Of a stretch of 64,000 bases of DNA, positions 60,785 through 64,000 are shown in pieces; the first letter of the stretch is position 1, and each line of letters starts with the position of its first letter. This stretch comes from Marinicella sp. GTDB lineage: Bacteria > Pseudomonadota > Gammaproteobacteria > Xanthomonadales > Marinicellaceae. The translations under genes were made by a program, and so were the position numbers. Below the pieces are notes generated by a model. The model worked only from the letters and a program-made list of their open reading frames with translations, ran no database searches and was not told the DNA's origin. The stretch is taken from the NCBI GenBank assembly GCA_965230295.1, contig OZ246001.1, forward strand, positions 832,001 through 896,000, written 5' to 3'.

Positions 60785-60815
60785 AAAAAAGGCGCGGTGT
60801 TTCCACCACGCCTTT
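60785..60815 (-). terminator. Intrinsic terminator of the subtilase gene
   Basis: Minus strand AAAGGCGTGGTG-GAAA-CACCGCGCC-TTTTTT. Confidence 0.85.
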
Positions 60816-60842
60816 GACCAATTTAATGGTTTTTCCTTACAG

Positions 60843-63800
60843 TTACGGAGCAGGTGTGTCGAAACCGTCCGCAAAGATCAAGTCAGGCAATCCTTGTACA
60901 GTTAATGTAACTGTAACAACCACTTGCGCCTCATCAGGATCATCGCTTTCGATACACAGACCAGCTTCATATACACCTGGAGCCAATCCGGTTGAGTCTA
61001 AAGTCACAGTGACATCAGTGTCATCACCCGGAGCTACAGCACCACCAGAAGATGATGTGGTCATCCAAGTTGCACCACATTGGCTGGTTCCAGCTATGTT
61101 GTACCTCAGCTGCTCGAAATTAGGCTCAGCTGTCAAGCCAGGGATTCCAGTCCAATCAGCTACATTAAACGAAATGGGTGAAACCAGTTGAGCAGTCGCT
61201 CCGGCCACATCCGGACCAGCAGCAAACCAAGCCCATCTGGTACCAGCATTGCTTGGGATGTCTTGCGTTGGAAATACAGTTACCCAATAAGTTCCTGCTG
61301 GCAAGTCCAAAGGAGAACCGCCATTAGCTGCTGTCACATCGATGAGGATGTTGTTATCAGTCAGGTCCAGGCTAGGATCAGCAACCGGGATATCCAAAGC
61401 AAACAACTCTGCATTCATGCCATCTTCAGGATGACCCGCTGGAACACCTGCCAGGTCTGCATATACATGTAGTTGAATAGCAGTTGCAGACGTATCCAAT
61501 GAAGCACCATTGGCAAAACCTTCGAAGAACATGGTTGAAATCGATGAATCACCTGTCAGTACAAAGTCATCTGCACTGTAGGCTCCGGCACCATTTCCAC
61601 CATCATCTTGTAAGAAGAAGCCACTGACGATGCCGTTAGTGATGGCACCCGTGCCATCTACTTGCTCGGCAAAAGTCACACTGAAGTTACCAGTACCAAT
61701 AGTCCAGTTCAAATCAGCACCGGCAACTGGAGAGTTGGCGATGTTCAAATTCAAGTCTGTGGTCATGTCGGCATCAAGTGTTGCGCTTAAAGTAGTAGGT
61801 GTCACATCGATGTCTGGCTGCTCTGGGAAACCAGTGACAACCAATGGCAAGTGTAGATCTGACAAGGCTGAAGGAGTAACAAATCTCAAGCCCCAAGTAT
61901 CCAATGTACCAGCATCAAAACTTACGCTGTCACCAGCACAAATGGTCCAATCGCCATCATTGGTCGTGAACACATCTGCCAAAGTTGCTGGCGGTGAAGC
62001 AATCGAACCTGGCGCAGGTGAGAATTCACAAACACCATCATCCTGACAAACCACATCATCAGAGCCTGCAAGTGCTGCTCCCATGTCTTCTGCGGACACC
62101 GCGGCGCCATCAGCATAAGTAATCGGTGAGCTACCTATCAAGTTTGAAGACTCCCCTGAACTACCTGTTCCATCATCAGCCACTTCTACTTCACCGGACA
62201 AACTTTGTAAGCCCAATACCAAAGCATCTGGGTTGGTCAATTTAACAGTCAAGTCTCCTAACCATGTATGCGTTAAACCGGCATCCACTTCCACTGCAAC
62301 TTCTGAACCAGATAAACCTGAAACTGAAATGATGTCACAAGCCATTGTGGCATTGGTTCCATCATAAGCACCATCGGCAATGGCTGCAGCAGGTGCTGAT
62401 GTGAACTCAACAGAATCCGGCGCTGGAACAACCAACAGTTCACCAAAGCTCACCGCACCGGCTGGCAATGCTGCACCATCGATTTCAACATCGATTGTAA
62501 CCACTTGACCAGGGTTGGCGGTAAAGTTGGCAGGATTAACTGTACCTGTCATGCCAGACAAACTGGCATTGTATTCAACTGGGCCAGCCGCTACGCTTCT
62601 GAATTTACGTTGGAAAGTACAAGTACCTACACAGGAGTCATTCTTATAACTGGCAATGTTCAATGTCTTAGGATCACCACCATTGGCAGGATCTGCCTGT
62701 AGGTATCGGAAAGCGGTTTCATTCAAAACCAAGCCTACTGATGAAGCCGCATCAACTTGAACACGTCCAGAACCTCGATCAAATGGATCGGCGACAGTTT
62801 GCTGGTCTTCTTTGGTCATACCAGCAGTGACTGCTGTCATCATCAGAGCAGATCTGATTTCTGGCGCTGTCCAGGTTGGGTGTAACTCTTTCAACAATGC
62901 AGCAGAACCTGCAGTGTGTGGAGACGCCATAGAGGTACCTGAAATGGCACCGTACTCAGCTGGTGTGCCAGTGGAAGGATCACTGTCAGCAAAACCGGCT
63001 AAAATACTCACACCAGGAGCTGCAATGTCAGGCTTATTCACTTCAAACGGACTCGGTCCACGTGAACTGAAACCGGCCAAAGAATCTGCTTGTCCGGCTA
63101 AACTGATGCTTGTTGCTGCTGCAACTGAAACAGTGGCTGTGGGGTTGGCAGTGATGTAAGCAGCCAACTCAGTACCAATGTCTTCACTGACCATGACTGA
63201 AGGCAACGTACTGGTTTCCAAACCACCCATCACGATGGGGTCACCAGGACGGTTGTTGTGGACAACAACACCTGTCGCACCTGCCGCTGTGGCATTGGTA
63301 AGCTTATCTGCAAAAGAACACCCGCCCCTTGAGATCAAGGCAATCACACCAAGAAAGGCATTGGGGTCGGTATAAGCGTTACATCCTTCAATATTGGCTG
63401 GCTCTACAATGCCAGAATAATTGATGGTACCCACCATATCAACTGCCATTGCGGGACCAGTACCTTGAATTGCCAGCGCATCAACCAATGATGGTGCAGG
63501 AGGTACAGGGCCAGTTACCGTTAAAGCATTGCTGAATCTTCTGATGTGTGTAGATGCCGCTGAACTTGTGGTCCAAGGCTCTACATGGCCAGCTGTACCT
63601 GGCCCAGGTCCTGCATTACCACCAGAGGTCGCAACGAAGATGCCTGAATCAGTGGCGCTCAAAAAGGCCAAAGAAGCCGCTTCGCCCCAAGGCGAATTAC
63701 CACCTGAGATGGAGTAGTTGATGGCATTGACTATACCGTCTGCCAGCATTTGGTCAATCGATTCTGCTGCTGCAGAACCAAAACAACCACCGCCAGCACC

Positions 63801-64000
63801 TGGTGCCGGGTTATAGCAGACATCAAAGATAACTAAATTTGCATGACGGGCCACACCACTGATACCAATACCTGTGATGCCACTGAATTCTGCGTCAGTA
63901 ACTAAGTTACCACCCGCAGTAGAAGCGGTATGTGTACCATGGCCATTTTCATCTTCTGGCCCAGGAATGTCCGTACCACCAGGTGGGGTGATGTCAAAAA
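60843..64000 (-). CDS. Large secreted S8 subtilase (PA insert, Fn3-like, P-domain, Ig/BACON-like domains), 5' end outside the window
   Basis: Frame open to the window end with DENGHGTHTASTAGG (His); oxyanion SGGNAGP; PA domain ISRGGCSFADK; GTSMASPH (Ser); P-domain HTWLGDLTVKL; C-terminal DLIFADGFD. Confidence 0.93.
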   Translation of the reverse strand, partial: FDITPPGGTDIPGPEDENGHGTHTASTAGGNLVTDAEFSGITGIGISGVARHANLVIFDVCYNPAPGAGGGCFGSAAAESIDQMLADGIVNAINYSISGGNSPWGEAASLAFLSATDSGIFVATSGGNAGPGPGTAGHVEPWTTSSAASTHIRRFSNALTVTGPVPPAPSLVDALAIQGTGPAMAVDMVGTINYSGIVEPANIEGCNAYTDPNAFLGVIALISRGGCSFADKLTNATAAGATGVVVHNNRPGDPIVMGGLETSTLPSVMVSEDIGTELAAYITANPTATVSVAAATSISLAGQADSLAGFSSRGPSPFEVNKPDIAAPGVSILAGFADSDPSTGTPAEYGAISGTSMASPHTAGSAALLKELHPTWTAPEIRSALMMTAVTAGMTKEDQQTVADPFDRGSGRVQVDAASSVGLVLNETAFRYLQADPANGGDPKTLNIASYKNDSCVGTCTFQRKFRSVAAGPVEYNASLSGMTGTVNPANFTANPGQVVTIDVEIDGAALPAGAVSFGELLVVPAPDSVEFTSAPAAAIADGAYDGTNATMACDIISVSGLSGSEVAVEVDAGLTHTWLGDLTVKLTNPDALVLGLQSLSGEVEVADDGTGSSGESSNLIGSSPITYADGAAVSAEDMGAALAGSDDVVCQDDGVCEFSPAPGSIASPPATLADVFTTNDGDWTICAGDSVSFDAGTLDTWGLRFVTPSALSDLHLPLVVTGFPEQPDIDVTPTTLSATLDADMTTDLNLNIANSPVAGADLNWTIGTGNFSVTFAEQVDGTGAITNGIVSGFFLQDDGGNGAGAYSADDFVLTGDSSISTMFFEGFANGASLDTSATAIQLHVYADLAGVPAGHPEDGMNAELFALDIPVADPSLDLTDNNILIDVTAANGGSPLDLPAGTYWVTVFPTQDIPSNAGTRWAWFAAGPDVAGATAQLVSPISFNVADWTGIPGLTAEPNFEQLRYNIAGTSQCGATWMTTSSSGGAVAPGDDTDVTVTLDSTGLAPGVYEAGLCIESDDPDEAQVVVTVTLTVQGLPDLIFADGFDTPAP

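Noticed and set aside
1-64000. CRISPR array, rRNA, tRNA, integron attC array, defence or phage genes
   Set aside because: No regularly spaced repeats or diagnostic motifs were seen; almost all sequence is accounted for by coding genes.

Overview
Gene-dense window from a Gammaproteobacterium. The gene order valS-pepA / lptF-lptG / RDD / xerD-dsbC-purL-xpsE..D resembles Xanthomonas, so a Lysobacterales relative (possibly Marinicella-like) is my inference. From left to right it contains: a 5'-truncated S9 peptidase; metG plus a complete rsxABCDGE cluster ending in a GIY-YIG nuclease; dolP-yraN-lpoA / rsmI; a 32-kb run of minus-strand genes (47427 down to 15007); lptFG, pepA and valS; an MCE (Mla-like) operon; and a large secreted subtilase that runs off the window end. 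The most interesting block is 15007-36615: an exosortase-H-associated-like membrane protein, an Xps-type type II secretion system (EFGHIJKLMND), a small lipoprotein, a probable S-layer protein with its own promoter and terminator, a Cys/Thr-rich secreted protein, a parvulin foldase, Wzm/Wzt, two GT2 enzymes, a methyltransferase and an unusual protein that looks like an RRE/PqqD-like domain fused to a GT-A fold. Together these look like a surface-layer export, glycan and display module. Also notable: a C-terminal DLIFADGFD tag on the subtilase, two inverted copies of a structured intergenic repeat (about 50.35 kb and 60.5 kb), and holC missing from its usual site while a HolD-like gene lies elsewhere. 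I found no rRNA, tRNA, CRISPR array or intact transposase. All family assignments come from reading motifs by eye; no searches were run.
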